A DNA stretch of 64,000 nt from Takakia lepidozioides (lineage: Eukaryota; Plantae; Bryophyta). Shown here in pieces: positions 36,090-50,012 of the stretch. The stretch covers positions 14,880,001 through 14,944,000 of the forward strand of contig CM060732.1 of NCBI GenBank assembly GCA_030704615.1. The letters run 5' to 3'. How positions within the stretch are numbered: position 1 is the first letter of the stretch; every line of letters starts with the position of its first letter. Both the position numbers and the translations under genes were made by a program. Under the pieces are notes generated by a model. The model did not search any database and was not told where the DNA came from. It saw only the letters and a list, made by a program, of their open reading frames with translations.

Positions 36090-36800
36090 AGATCCTTCTA
36101 CATACCTAAATAGACCAATGCTCTTGCGAATAACTCTCATCCTCTCATCAATCGAGATTTCCATTGAATGGCTATAAATGGAATGTAATCCAACAGGCCT
36201 TGGACATAGCCACTGTCAAAGCCTCTGCAAAGAGACTCCTGCCTCGTCCTATGTCCATCAAAATCTCCCTAGTCCCATGAAGAGGAGCACCAGCCTATGC
36301 TGTATATTGAGAGGTTCCTATCGTGTGCTAATGAAAATCAGAAGTGAAGGTGGAAAACAGCAATCCTGTCTCAAGACCTAGCCCCCCAAGGCCAGTAACT
36401 GCCTTCAACCAACCCAAACCTTCAAGCCTGCGTATTGGAGAGACGTCGTCTTTATTGAGATGTGAAATTTCTGCAAGAGTTAACTCACAGTAGGTATGCT
36501 AGGGATGCTAAAGAACTAGCATCACCCTCTCTCCCACATTTTCCGCGGTGACTTATGTGGCCCGCTCACCTATGCTGATGATAGGGAGATCATCCATGCC
36601 CCCTACATCAAAGATCACTTCTCAGGAAGGGACAGAATCAAGGGATGCGACAAGATCCACATCCCTCCCAGACTGGCTTTCTGATGCATGTCACTCCATA
36701 AGAACTCAAACAGTGTGACATTCAGCAGCCAGGGCTCACAGTTAATGTCGAGCAAGGGCACTGTTGCAGATCCTATGCAAAGATCATTGAGGCCTGGAGA
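36090..36800 (+). pseudogene. Highly decayed LINE reverse transcriptase relic
   Basis: TLSPTF followed by LTYADD at ~36525-36585; no long ORF. Confidence 0.35.
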
Positions 36801-37564
36801 GCACACCCGATGTGATTCTCTGGGCCACATTTGACACAATTGAGTTGGAGTTTGAGGCATTATTCAGGATCATCAAAATCATACTGGACAGGCTCAGATA
36901 GTTACTGAGACCATTACCTGCCAGTGAGAGCACTTCGTACCACATAGAGACAAGCCAGCGACGGTTCAATAGCTTGCTGGCTCAGCCTCAATGTCTATAG
37001 AGAGTCTGCCACAATTTGATCAACCCCAGAGGTTATCCTGGAGCAGGACAGGAACAGGCTGAGCAGCTAGGATCTGCGGAAGATCAATGTGCAAAGAATT
37101 TGGGTCCAAGCATCTGAGGATACTCTCACAAACATCTGGGTTAACCACATATGCTGATACCTTGTGGCTAGTCTCCCGTGTTCGCCACATCATTCCAAAG
37201 GGCTGTGGGATTTTCCAAATCAGATATCTCCAGACTGACCTAGACCATAAATGCTTTACTGCTTACCTCACCAGGCACTGCATCTGCAAACAGTGGTTCA
37301 GGCATAGTTTCTGGTTATTTCTTTCTATGTAGAGCATTCTTGTCATGTAAGCTCTGGCTTCGGGTGGAATATATAAAGCTCCTCTCGTATCAGTCTGCCC
37401 CACTGACACCTTACGGAACGATGATGATTTGCATTTTAAGAAGGTCTACTCCCAGTTTCAATGGCTTGGAGAGTTGGAACTCCCTGTTCTTGTGTTGCTA
37501 ACAAGCTGACTCACGGTGCCAAAAGAGTTCTGATATATTTGGCCAGCACATGATATAACATGGT

Positions 37565-40500
37565 TCAGTCACCTTCACCCTCCGCGCCCCCACTACTCTC
37601 ACTGTCCCCTCGCCGCCGCCTGCTACGTATGCCACGATGTACCACCATTTCTTCATCTTCTTCACTATAATTGCTTACAGCTTCCTCACTTGAGGGTGAT
37701 GATGGAACATCGGGTTCTTCCTCTTGGCCAATATCAACAACATCCTCTTCCTCTTCCGTCTCACACATGCTTATACCCTTATCCCCTTTTGGCCAACCTC
37801 CGCTATCCTCCCCTTCGTGCCCCTCGTCAATGGCGAGTCGCCGCCGCTGCCGAGCTTTGCGCTTGCCCTTAGGCACATCCTCTGGCAGTGCCTTGTCAAT
37901 GTCCTTTAGCCTATCTGAGACATCAGCTTCCTGTGTCCTATTTCCCTCTGGGTCCCCTTGATGCTTTCCAGACCTGCCTGAGTCGATGTCGTCGTGGTGT
38001 TGAGGGGAGGCCCAACCTTCAGCCTCATCATCATCATCTGACTCCGTTAGCATCACTAGGTCAGTACGGCGCCGTTTCCTGCTGAAGATGGTGTGTGCCC
38101 CCTATTGAAGGCAAAAAATACAATGAACGGTCATCAACATACTACTACTAGCTGGCTGAAACATTCTGCAAAATGTTGCGACTGACAATTTGAAGACAAA
38201 AGAATATACTCATGAGACAATTGCCATACCCATGTGGCCATAGATCCTTGGAAGTGAAGACAGAAGGTAAAACAGTACACGAGGTCATCTAATGAAAGTC
38301 ATCCCCCTATCCTGCGCGCCTGCAGACTAAATACTACTGGGTTTCCACTGTCAGTGTACACCATCTCCCTGATGGTGTTTGATTTGTGGATTCAAAAATC
38401 TTTGAAAAATGTAAACCATATGGTCAGAGGATTGCAGAGTCAGGACTCAAACAGAGTCCCTGATAAAACCTGTATGATATCTGATAAAAATGTCTGATGT
38501 TGTTTTGACCAATAAATTGGAATTTCCGAGTAAGTTAAGCAACCAGAATTCTTGCTATCTTTCTCCAGACGCTTTCAACAAATAGCCTGATGCTTAAGGG
38601 AATCTGGACACCGCAGAAGGTGGTCCTAATTCTAATTCAATGTGGCCAACTGAATCTTCTTAAACATGGTCCACCCAGCTGCAAGCAGGGACACTATTTA
38701 CCGCAGTATCTGGTGACTGCATAGATTGAAGAGGCGGAATAAGACTACAAATTGTAAGCATTATGTGATAAGTGACTGACCATATCAAAGGCCACCCTGA
38801 ACTGGGCCCAATGAGTCAAGGAGGTACTATGACTTGGAGTCAGTGCCAAGCATAAACTTACGTAAGTGCTACTTGCTTGGCAAGAAAGGGTTCTCTTCTA
38901 AGGGGGATGGAGTAAGTCTCACCTTTTGACTGCGGTCTGCTAGGTGCCATGAACTGCGATTTCGCAAGCAATCGAGCACAGCCTGACGATGGGTGCCGTA
39001 CATGTACCGCTCCCCATTATGTTTACGCATTTTCTGCAAATGCTACCACAACCCCCAAGTACTGAGAAGTACGCGGGTGAGCAAATAGTTTCTTCTATTA
39101 ACTAAGAACGCAAACAACATCAGAAAACAGCAAGAAAGTGTTGAACACTGCTGCTGCTCTTAGAAAGCCCCCTGGTCCAACTGCATCTACATCCTAGAAA
39201 ATTGACTGACACTGGAACATAGACTCCATTGGAACCAAATTCATAGAAAACAATGGCATTAAACAGATGCCGTGGCCTTGCAGCCACACACCCCCCCACA
39301 GGATACTTAGTGAAACGCCTCAGCAGTCCCAAGCCACAGATGGCTGCATTGAAAACTGCAAACTGCTCTAGCTTTTCTCAAAGTGTGACATTGGCTGGAA
39401 GTGCAGGGCTTTAAGAGAAACACCCTTGTGGTATTATATAAAAACTAAACCTGCAGCCCAGTAGCCATTGTTAAAACGAGATTGGTGTTGCGCATGCAAA
39501 CTAGCATTATTGTGGAGTAACTCTACCACATCAGTATGTGATCACCATGCCCAACCACATTTATGGGACATAAGCTATACAAGGACAAATGTGCTGGACT
39601 TGCACTTCATCTACAACTGATGTTCAAGTGCCCTCCATGGCTTTTTGGGTCAGCACTCACCCTCTTCTAGCTAGAGAGGACGAACTTATTTTATGTCCAA
39701 GGGGGACTCAAATGCAAGAGAGGAGAGAGATGCAGTTCACATGTTGAGCTGAGGCAGGTTAGTACTGCCCTGGACTAAATCAAGGGCCAAACATGACATG
39801 AAGGGGAGGAACTTGCTCTTCTATTGCATATTGTAATCAGATGGAAGAATCCAGTACCAATTACAAGCAACAACTAGATCAAGACAGTGTTTACTGGAAG
39901 AACAGACATACAGGAAGAACAGCTTCAATTACATCTTCTTGAGGAATGGGACCTCTGATGCTCAGCACTTCATCAATCACTCCTGCCATACCATCCCCAC
40001 TCCCATGATCATGACTAAAAGTTATGGCCACCCAAGGCATCTTGTCAATTGAGAACGCTCAGCACAGTAGATAATTACTGACACACCACTTTTAACCCTT
40101 TCATCAAAGTTACTTCACCCTCAAGCTCCTCCAGACCATTGGCCAGCTAGTTACCAAATCCAGGAACCAATCGAAGTAATCAAAAGTTTTCTCTCTTGGA
40201 ACGACCTCAGATTGATTGGTTTAGGCCAAAATATGCTACCACTATAAGCCATCTAGATACACTGAAATAGGAAAGACATACTGACTCTCTCAAAGAGATT
40301 GCCCATCTATTATGTTTACACTACAATATGGCCCTGCTGGAGCGGATGTACAGACACATTTGTTTTTCTCCAAAATGCTAGGTTAAAGCTCCCTGCTAGC
40401 TGGAAAGAAGTTTCCTTGAAGTTATTTGCGCCTGACACAGTGTTGGAGGAGAATCTAAAGAAGATATTGACAGTCTTGTCAATTGACTCGTTGAACAATT

Positions 40501-43500
40501 CTTGCAGCGCAGTTTCAGAACAATTCTTGCTTTCAGGGCAAGCCACAATCAGGAACACCAAACTGCAGGTCCTCAGACCAACAAAGAATGGGAAGAACTG
40601 ACCAGGAAGAGAGAGAGTGCTAGTCTCAGCAGGGCTTTTGCGTTCACCAGAATCTGATGATTCATCAGCACCTCCTGGAACTATGATCGAGAGACCTCTG
40701 GGAAACCCACTCTGGCGGCCGATCCCCTCTCCACAACTCTGCACACCACCCACAGCATTTGCAGCCTTCTCTTTGGTGCATCCACCATCTGAAGAAGTCC
40801 CAGAGACACCCTTCTCACCAGAAAATCCTGTGTCATCTGCCTTGCAGGAATCTTCCGATTTTCTGGCTGTGCTGGGGGGCAAGGAGCTTCCCACATTGCC
40901 ACCTTCATCAGCGCCTCCAGGAAAGACTCTAGATGCATCCTTGTGCCTATCATCACGAAGTCTCTTTCTTGGAATCTGGACCATCACACTTGCTCATAAA
41001 TCACTTCCATGGCCAATAGCTACAGAACCAAGTTTCAAACATCTCACACTCTCAAACAGCAATTTTGAGAAGCGATTTGAAGTTCGTCACCGCACTATCT
41101 TTGCCCTGGGGCTTGATGAGGTTTGAGTCTCTTGCAAGTCTCTGAAGCCTGAGTTCAACACACGACTGACAACCTCCAATTCTGACATGAGCAATTGGGA
41201 AAACCATTTGGTGAGCAGATGGGATGATAGACTTAAGGATACGAAACACAGGCACTCTACTTAATTCTGAATACAACCTCTTGTCCCCATCAGCATGCCA
41301 CGAGCTGCTTAGGATGATGTTTTCAAATGCGTTGAAGTCGAGGGTTGTGGGCTGAAGCCCAGCCACATTTAACTGCCAAATATAAAAATCATTACTTTAG
41401 GAGAAAAGAAACCTAAATGTGCAAGAAACACCTACCAAGAGATGGTCCTTCTGACTAGACCCGGCAGAAGGTACTACTACTGTAGCACCAGCTGTTCGCT
41501 TGGAGGTTGTGACAGCTGAAGACTGGGTAGATGATGCCAGCTGGAGTGTGGTTGCTGCTTGCCGCACTCTTGGTACACGAGGGACTCTGGGTGAGCTATT
41601 GAGTTCTTGGTGCAATAGCAATGCAATCTGGGACAAAAAGAAACCAGATCAATAACCAGGTGGCTTAAGTATATAACTTCAACATATTCCCAACATGAAG
41701 TTGGATGGAGCTGATGACTGCTGATTAAACTTCACTTTACATATGAAAGATTCCTGAAGGTGACATTTCAAGGGACAAACCTCTTCATCATGGAGAGTGG
41801 CTGATGCCACTGGGTTCGTACTTATGGCAGGAGGCACGCGTTTCAATGCAACGGGAGGGGGTGGAGGCGGCATGGTCGAAATAGCCTTAGGAAGCGGGGG
41901 AGCTGATATTATGCCAGCTTTCTCTTCCTTGTGTGATGTTCCCACTAAGATTGGCTTATTTGCAGCCGTAGTTAACTGTTTACTGACCAGACTCCCGGTA
42001 GCAGGCTTTGTCCCTGTCAACAAAGCGGCAGAGTGCTGCTTTGTTAAAGGTGGCTGGCCTGCTGGTAATTTTGAGGAGTGAGGGTGAGAACCCTTCGAAG
42101 TTGAGGCAGTGTGCTTGACAACTAAAGGCTGTGAAGGTGGTTTTCCTGAAGTGGAGATTTTGGTAACTGGACTTGCTGAATGTTTTGAACTGTCTTTCAC
42201 TGACAACCCTGAGGGGAGAACCCCTTGGATACGACTAGCAGGACCACTGACACTTGAAGGTTTGGCCACAGCACTGCTGTTCTCACTTGACTTCAAGACA
42301 CTGGGAAGACTGATAGTTCTGGAAGGAAGCTTAGAAGCAGCAGGAGGCTTGGGCAAAGACGACATAGATAGAATTGGAGCTGGCTTGTTTGAGTGTGAGG
42401 CACCAGCTGATGGCTTGCTACCCAACATTGGAGTCGTAGAAGTGCCCACTGACAGCTTCCCACTCAACGTATGATTTACGGGCTTGGAGGAGGAAGAAAC
42501 CCCTAGAGCTGCCCGTTGTGGAGGGGGAGACCCAGGGCCAGATCTGGGAATTCCTTGCTGGGGCTTTAAAGGGAGCACAGAAGAGACTGGAGATGATGTT
42601 GGTGATAACAAGGCTCCAGAAAGAGATTTCGTTGTTGCAATGCCAGTAACCTTAGTGGTTAAAGTTGAGGTAGAGCCCACCCTGGCACTCCCAGTGCTTC
42701 CATACGAGAGAGGGTTGATGGCCAAACTGGTAGGTAGTAATGTTGCCGGCATTGATCTTGGTCGCACCACATGTGCGTGATGCCCGCTAAGCTGCCGCGC
42801 TTGCTGGCACACTGGACGATGAGAAGGAGAAGAGGGCTTCAGCTCCAAAGCCTCAATGTGTGACCCCTGCCCAGGTGGGAAAGCCAGCTCCTGCGGGCAT
42901 GGTTCAAGCAACAGGGTTTCATCGTTCACAATTTGATTGAATGCTGCTAATGACTGGCGTGGCATATGGAGGTGATTGTCAGGCTCTGCCAGTTGGCCAG
43001 AATAAGAAGGCTGCCAGTCCAACGGTACCCCAGGCTGATGTTTGTTGGATGAGGAGGATTGTGAAGAATGAGAATGCCCTGATACAACAAGCTTGGTTGT
43101 CAGGGGTTGAAGTAGTTGCTGTCCCTGAGAGCTGGTCATCTCCTCTGATACAACCCGCAACATGATCAATGTCAGGCAGTATAGATTAACAGATACTTCA
43201 CAAGTGACAAGTGACAAGTTACAAGTTCTGAAAAGTGCTTCCAAAACAAAAATTATCAAGCTAAAGAAGCTCCGAATCAGTAGCCTGGTTGTTGAGTGCC
43301 CTTGCAGCTGAGACAAACCTTCTTACTGACACATAACAAATGCCGCAAATAGTCACTAGAATCTCAAGAGCAAGGCTGAGCTATATGCTAGGAAAGAAAA
43401 ACACCCAATAAGCTCTGCAAGATATATCGTGAACCACGGCAGGGTCACCCAGTGAAGCTACTGGCTTGAACCTGCGTTTACTGCCCACGATGATCTGAAG

Positions 43501-46500
43501 CAGTCAACTATAATCGCAGGCAAAAAATTGAGTCAAACAAATTACAGGATGGTCTCTTTGCAATATAAATCTACAGTCAAAAAAGGTGCGACAGTAAGAA
43601 GAGCATTATTAAGGTAGCTCACCAGAGATTGACTTTGTAGACTGCTCTCCACTATAGCTCCCAGCAGAGAGTCTTGGCTTGCGAAGTAGTTGCAGAGGGG
43701 CACCTGGTAAGGGCTGATGGTGTGGTGAAGGTGAGATTATTTGTGAGGGCCATATCCCTGTGTGCTGCTGCTGCACTGGCACAGACCGTTCAGCCAGCAG
43801 CTTATCTCGAACCAAAACTGGAAGATGCCCTGCTGTGCGGGCTGAGCCTTGGCCCCTACTGTCTGTGTTGCCTGCAAGGTAGTTTTTTCCAGACGGTCTA
43901 CTTAAAAAGTGCTGAAGGTCCAGGATCAACAAATCCACATCAATAAGCGAATGGAACAGCAATAAGCCATTCTAAATCACAAATGCAGCCAAAGCCAACA
44001 ATGCTACAAATTGAGAACTTATAAGAGCGTGGAATAAGAATCGCAAAAGTGTGAGAGAAACAGGACTGACCTACACTTGGCTTGTCGTCAGCTGCCATGT
44101 CAACATCCATTGATGAAGTTTTGAGGCTCAGGGGGCCAGCCATGATCCCACCGTTTATGTCAGCTTGGGACTTCAAAGGTAAAGATTGAATCTCTAACAA
44201 GGAAGTGGCTACAGAGAGTACAGGCTCTACATCAACATCCAATTGCTTAGTCAGTGTATCAACTGATTCAGGCTGAGATTCTGAAATAGTTTCACACAGG
44301 AGGCCTGGGGAACTTCCAGAGAGGGGTTGGTCCTCGAATCCAGTAACACTTGCGACTTCAACAGGGATCGATGGACCCTCTGCACTAGTTGCAGCTGTCT
44401 CAACACCGCCCATAGTCAAACAATCCAGCTTCTCCCCATCTGAGTTTATCTTTGTTGAAAATGGCCGACCCGATGTCACTTCCATAGCCTGTGATGTCAT
44501 GGCAGAGGTTGCAACGACTTTCAGCACAGGCATAGCCCTTGCACATCCAGGGGACCACGCAGTAGTTCTAACTCTATTGCTCGACGGAGAAATGCTGGAC
44601 TGAGCTGGAGAGGCGGATGTATCTGCTTTGGACTGCTTTGGTGAATCAAATCTTGATGGAGGATACGCAGCCAGCTTCTCCTCCTGCTGAAAAGTATCTG
44701 TCCCATCTCCTGGTGTCTCTGTTAATTCTACTTTGAGGCCTGCCCCACTCACAGGCAGTTTGTCACGAGTTTTCACCTGGATTACGGAGGAGTCTAGTCA
44801 CTTCACATGTTTACATCCCATCGCCCTCCAACTCAACTGAAGCCAAATACAAGCTGATCAAACTATTATCATTCTAGACTTCTTTTAAACCCACACAAGA
44901 GAGACAGTCAAGTGATAAACAGAAGGAAGTGGTTTGTAGATACAAGTGAAATGTACTCTACAACAAAGAAGGGAGATTCATCAACAGACTTCATTCTGAA
45001 ATAACACCTACCTCAAGGGTCTTTCCTGTGTCTGATTCACTGACTTGCCACTGCTTCATCAGTTTCTCAGCCTCCAAATTCATGGAGGGGATCGCAGGAT
45101 TGCCAATCGGTTTCAACCTCATGTGCCTGTCACTATCTGTCTCTCTATGAAAATCCCTGTCCTCCCGCTCTGTGACCTTCACATCTGACCGTAGCTCCTG
45201 CCCAGGCCATTTGCTCTGCATTCCTCCAACCTCCTGCTTAATAGAGTTTGGGGTACCAAGCTGCTTGGAGACATCCTTGTTATCTTCACACTTTACTGAA
45301 TCTTCTGCGCCATTGACTTCGCGTGGTTTTGGTTCTTCAAGCCTCATTCTAGTGTCTCCCTGTACTCTTGTTTCTGCAATGGGTAGCACAAGTAGAAGAC
45401 TCTCCTCCTCTCTGATATCTGAACTGACAATATCCTGTCCAGGGAAAGGAGCTAAACCTCCCAGTTTCTCACAATCAGAGCAGAGATTGGGCTCAAGTCT
45501 TCCACCTGCCAGAGATAAGAAGAAGACAAACCAACCACTGTAAGATTGACGGCCAGTGATTGACCAAGTTGCACTTCAACAATAATCAAAGTGATAGGTA
45601 CACTATTGCAGCCCAAAAAAGCCAGCAAACAAAAAGTGCACGGAATGAAATTTGGGTTCCACCACCTTGTAACAAGTCAGCTAATCTCCTAACAGAGGAC
45701 CATAGGCACATTCTTCTCCACTCCCTTGCCCAAGGGGCAGGATCTAATAAAATCTTACATCAATCAAAATTGAATTTATGAAACAATGTTAACTTCTCAG
45801 CAGAAAACTTCCAAGGTCAACACAAATCTACTGACATCTTCTACCAAAAGCCAGAGACAAGACGTGTGCAATGGCTGGCTTCCAGGCTCTACACTTCAGT
45901 TGGGCACTCCAGCACACATACAATCTTTAATCAATTGCCGGGATGCCCAACCAGTACCACGAACTGCATGCAAGCCCCACGAGAACGTGGGTCAACCATA
46001 AAAAACCTCAGCACAGCAGACTTTGCAGTCTACACCTAATATGATGACCTTGTCAAAAATTTCCACGTTCACTCGGGTCCTTAATATCACTTTGTAGTTC
46101 GCCACTACTTCCACTACTGCTAGGGGTACTACCAATGAGACCAATGACCTTTACCACTTAAGAATTTCACAAAGGTGCGATCCACATATGGCATGCTCCT
46201 CAATTCATGAAACATCAGCTTGAAAGCTTCACAATTACCAAAGTTCAAAGAGACATTGGATGTTAGTTAAAGTACAGGATAGCACTCTCTGGACCCACCT
46301 GCAGTATCAAGCTCATGAGCCACAATCAGCTCAACCCTGGCACATCGGCTGCAAACTGAAACATCTCCATCCATGAACTCCTGTACAGCCATCTTCTTCA
46401 TCGCCTTGGGATTCTTTGGTGAGGACAGAGGAGACTTGAAAACCACAGGGCCAAGTTCAGGCAGTAACCCCTCAGCATTCTTTGGGCGTTCTTCCTCTGC

Positions 46501-47491
46501 TTTGAGAGTATCTCCACTAGTCCTAGCCCGTTTCCTAGTGGTGTGTTCCTTGTGACTGCCTTCCTCGCGTCCCCGCTTACTGTGGTGATGTGATCTCTCC
46601 TCCTTTGTCCCTCGGGGTTTATGCCGATGCTTGCCATGTTTCCCATCCCCTTTCTTGCCTTCCCGCTTTCCATGCTTCTCCTTTTGGGCAGCCTGCTCCG
46701 CCGGTGGGCGAGGCCTTAACTCTTTGCGGCTTCCTGTATCCCCATCCACCTGTTCTTCATCCACCTTCTCATATTCCTGGTTCAAGATATTGTTGTAGAG
46801 GTTACTTGCAGGTTTCATGAAAGTCGAACCTAAAAGACCTACTCGATGATGCAAATAACCGAACTAAACCACCCCATGCTCAAAACTCCCAAATGTGACT
46901 GCTTGTTCTCACGTAGAACATAAAGTGACAGTTACCAACCTGTTTGCGAGTCGATTCAAGGAGCATAAGATGAGGGATGTCATCTTCATACGGCCATGGA
47001 GGAACTTCATTACACTGAATGTGGAGAACCTTGGGCACGTAGCCTGAATACTTCCATAATTGCTGACAAAAAACCGTTGATATTCCAACAAACATGCGTG
47101 CATCGCCCCCTGGTGTGCCTTGTACATGCACTCGGTCCTCGATTGGCATTTCGGCAGAACTATGGGGGTGGTCTGGGAAAACCTCGCAATTCTTTTCATG
47201 TGTTTTCTCGTCAAAGCTCACGGGCTTTCCAGGAAGCTCGGCGAGCAGCTGCGCAACCTCCGATTCTTCGGTTTCTTTCTTCTTCTTGCTCTTGCATTTG
47301 TCACAGACATATGTGCTGAGCCCTTTGGGCACGCGACAACATGCCGTGTGGACCCAGACCCCACATTCATCGCACTCAACCATCTCTTCTCCATCGTCGA
47401 AATTGACCCCACAAGGACAGTCGACAATCCAGGACTCGTCGCCCCAGTCGTCCGACTCCGAACTGGAAGGATGATGTGCCTTGCCACCCAT
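37565..47491 (-). CDS. Multi-exon PHD-finger protein (plant family resembling Arabidopsis AT1G32810/AT4G10600)
   Basis: ATG at 47491; N-terminal PHD WIVDCPCGVNFDDGEEMVECDECGVWVH..C..CDKC; EVAQLL.ELP; VHVQG.PGGD; ALLLHQELNSSPRVPRVPR; GERYMYGTHRQAVLDCLRNR. Approximate exons: 47491-46940, 46830-46300, 45507-45010, 44777-44070, 43916-43615, 43150-41780, 41627-41433, 40989-40600, 39034-38921, 38101-37565. Confidence 0.85.
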
Positions 47492-47564
47492 AGCCTGATC
47501 CACTGAAACTACACTAACCCTAGAGCAAAAAAGAAATAAGGGTTGGCGTACGTTGGTGTGCACG

Positions 47565-47596
<32 letters not shown>

Positions 47597-48744
47597 GGGG
47601 GGGAGGGGGTTGGTGGGGAGGGGTACGCAAAGAGAATTTGTGATTTAGGACAACGGAAGAAGGAAGAAGCGCCCAGAAGCACAATGTGTAATCCATCGGT
47701 TGTCCCACAAGTCATTGGACTCCGAGCTCGAATGATATTCCTTGCCACCCATCGGCCAAGGCTCACTAATAACCCTACAGCAAGGGATATATGGGAGAGA
47801 CAGAAGAGATGGAGGTATTTACAGCGATGCGTAAAAGACCTGCTAGTTTTTTCTTAGTTCTTACGCGACGGAAGATCCCACCTCCGCGAGAGGATTGCAC
47901 CTTACTTGTAGGGTAAAAAAAACCGGGGCAAGGGGGTCCACCAGTTCCCTAAGGCCCTGGCCGCAGTCGGCTGCTAATGGATGTTAGGTTAGTGCTAACT
48001 ACTGCTAGCTTGAAAAATGCGGCCGCACTGCCCTACTTGACAAATTTTTAGCTCTATTTTTTTCTAATTCTAGCGACGACTACTGAAGGTCGGAAGCTAG
48101 TTTAGCATAGAGCAGGAATAGGGTGCCATAGTGCCACGTCATCATCGCCATGTCATCGTAGACACGTCATCGCAGACACGTCATCGTAGCCAGGTCATTG
48201 TCGTCGTCAATTTCTTTGGAATCTGCCCGGACGGCCCGCCCGAAAATCCCCAAAGCGCCAAGTTGTTTTGGAATTGCCTGGACTGCCAGGTTCTTGAAGT
48301 TCTTGAACTGCAGGAGCTCTGCGTTTTCCGCCATCGTACACCTTGCAAGCTCTCAACAGTCTCGCTGCTCAATGCAAACCGTGGCCTTTCCCACATTCGA
48401 TCAGCTTCGGTTTTCGTGCAAAAGCTCCGCAGATCACATCATTTTGCTTGCTTAGGCTTGTGAATGTGTTTTGGTCGTGACAGCCACATCATCAATCATG
48501 ATGGTAAGGTTGTTTGCTTTTGGGCCCTTTTCCAAGCATTGAATAGCTTCTGTGAGGCAGAGAAAGTTTGGGGTAAGGAATCAACAAGAAGTGATACAAA
48601 GTATGCTGATCAGCATAACAATGTTTTTCTGATGGAATGAGATGTTTCTGAAACTCAACAATGAAGGAGAAAGAGGCTTAAATGGATACTGCAGACATGT
48701 CTTCCTTCAAAATATGACTTGCTAAAGAGTGTGTTTTGAATTGG

Positions 48745-48975
48745 CAGTACGGGTGAGAGATCATGTCACCTCCCGTCTGATAGGGCACAATCAGGAGGTG
48801 TGTGGCCTCAAGTGGTCACCGTCGGGCCAACAGCTAGCAAGTGGAGGCAATGACAACTTGCTCTACATTTGGGATGCAGCTGTCACATCATCATCACCTG
48901 AGTCAGTAGTCTATTTACACAATGGTAGTCAACGCTGCTGCGGATGAGACACTTCACTTTTGGAAGGTATTTGGG
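48745..48975 (+). pseudogene. CDC20/FZR WD40 gene fragment
   Basis: GHNQEVCGLKWSPSGQQLASGGNDNLLYIWD and AADETLHFWKVFG, with the intervening region missing. Confidence 0.8.
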
Positions 48976-49264
48976 ATGGCACAACCTGTCAAGAAGGTCT
49001 CCATGGGAGGAACTGGTGATCTGTTATTGTGAAGTATTAACATAAGATAGGAGCGTCAGCTGTGGACTACAAAAATCAGAGCTCCAACATAGCAGGAAGC
49101 AAAACATTGATGCCTTGGGACAGGGGGTCACCACCTCAACATAATGCTGGTTTTAAAAGCATAATGAACGTTTTCCGCCATCGTTCACATTTCCGCCATA
49201 TCCATGGACATTGCAACCTTGCGTAGAATAAGGCTGGTGGTTGTCTAACTTATTGCACCAGATT

Positions 49265-50012
49265 CATCCTGAACACTGCCCTGGTGGACATATGCCAAAT
49301 GTGGGTGGATCGAGGATGCGAAGGGAGTTTTCTACACTGTGGCTGAACGAGATGTGGTGTCGTGGAACGCATGCTTGCAGGGTATGCACAGCAAGGGCAC
49401 GGGATGGAGGCTTTGGAGACCTATGAACAAATGATGGGGGAAGTGGTGAAGCCTGACCTCATCACGTTTGTGTGCATTTGCAGTGCGTATGCAAGCCTGG
49501 CAGCCCTGGAAAAGGGCATGGTTGCATCGCCAAAGCTGGAATTGTACCAGATGTGGTTCTGAACAATACCCTCGTGGACATGTATGCCAGATGTGGGATG
49601 CGATGATCGCAGGATATGCCTAGCATGTTGTTATAGGGAGGTCCTGCAACTATTTGAAGGAATGCAAAAGAACGGCTTAAAGCTGGACAACCTTTATATG
49701 TGTTCTCTCTGCATGCAGCCACACTGGCCTACTAGAAGAAAGACATTACTTCGATTCCCTGAGTCAAGATCATGGTATCACTCCGACAGTAAAGCACTTT
49801 GGCTACATGGTGGACCTTCTAGGACGTGCGGGACAACTGGACGAGGCAGTGGACCTGGTTAATAAAATGCCAATCAATCCAGATGTTGTGGTGTGGAAGG
49901 CCTTGCTTGGTGCCTGCAGAATCCATGGTAATGTGGAGATGGCTAAATGTGTGGCAACATCTATCCTCAAGTAGGATGAACAGGATGCCGCGACTTATGT
50001 GTTGCTATCAAA
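49265..50012 (+). pseudogene. PLS-class pentatricopeptide repeat gene fragment (with E domain), frameshifted
   Basis: RDVVSWN.MLAGYAQQGHGMEAL, KPDLITFVC, NNTLVDMYARCG, MVDLLGRAGQLDEA, WKALLGACRIHGN, TYVLLSNM. Confidence 0.85.

Noticed and set aside
40617-47506. Plus-strand ORFs overlapping the PHD gene
   Set aside because: Antisense shadows of low-complexity exons with no recognisable motifs.
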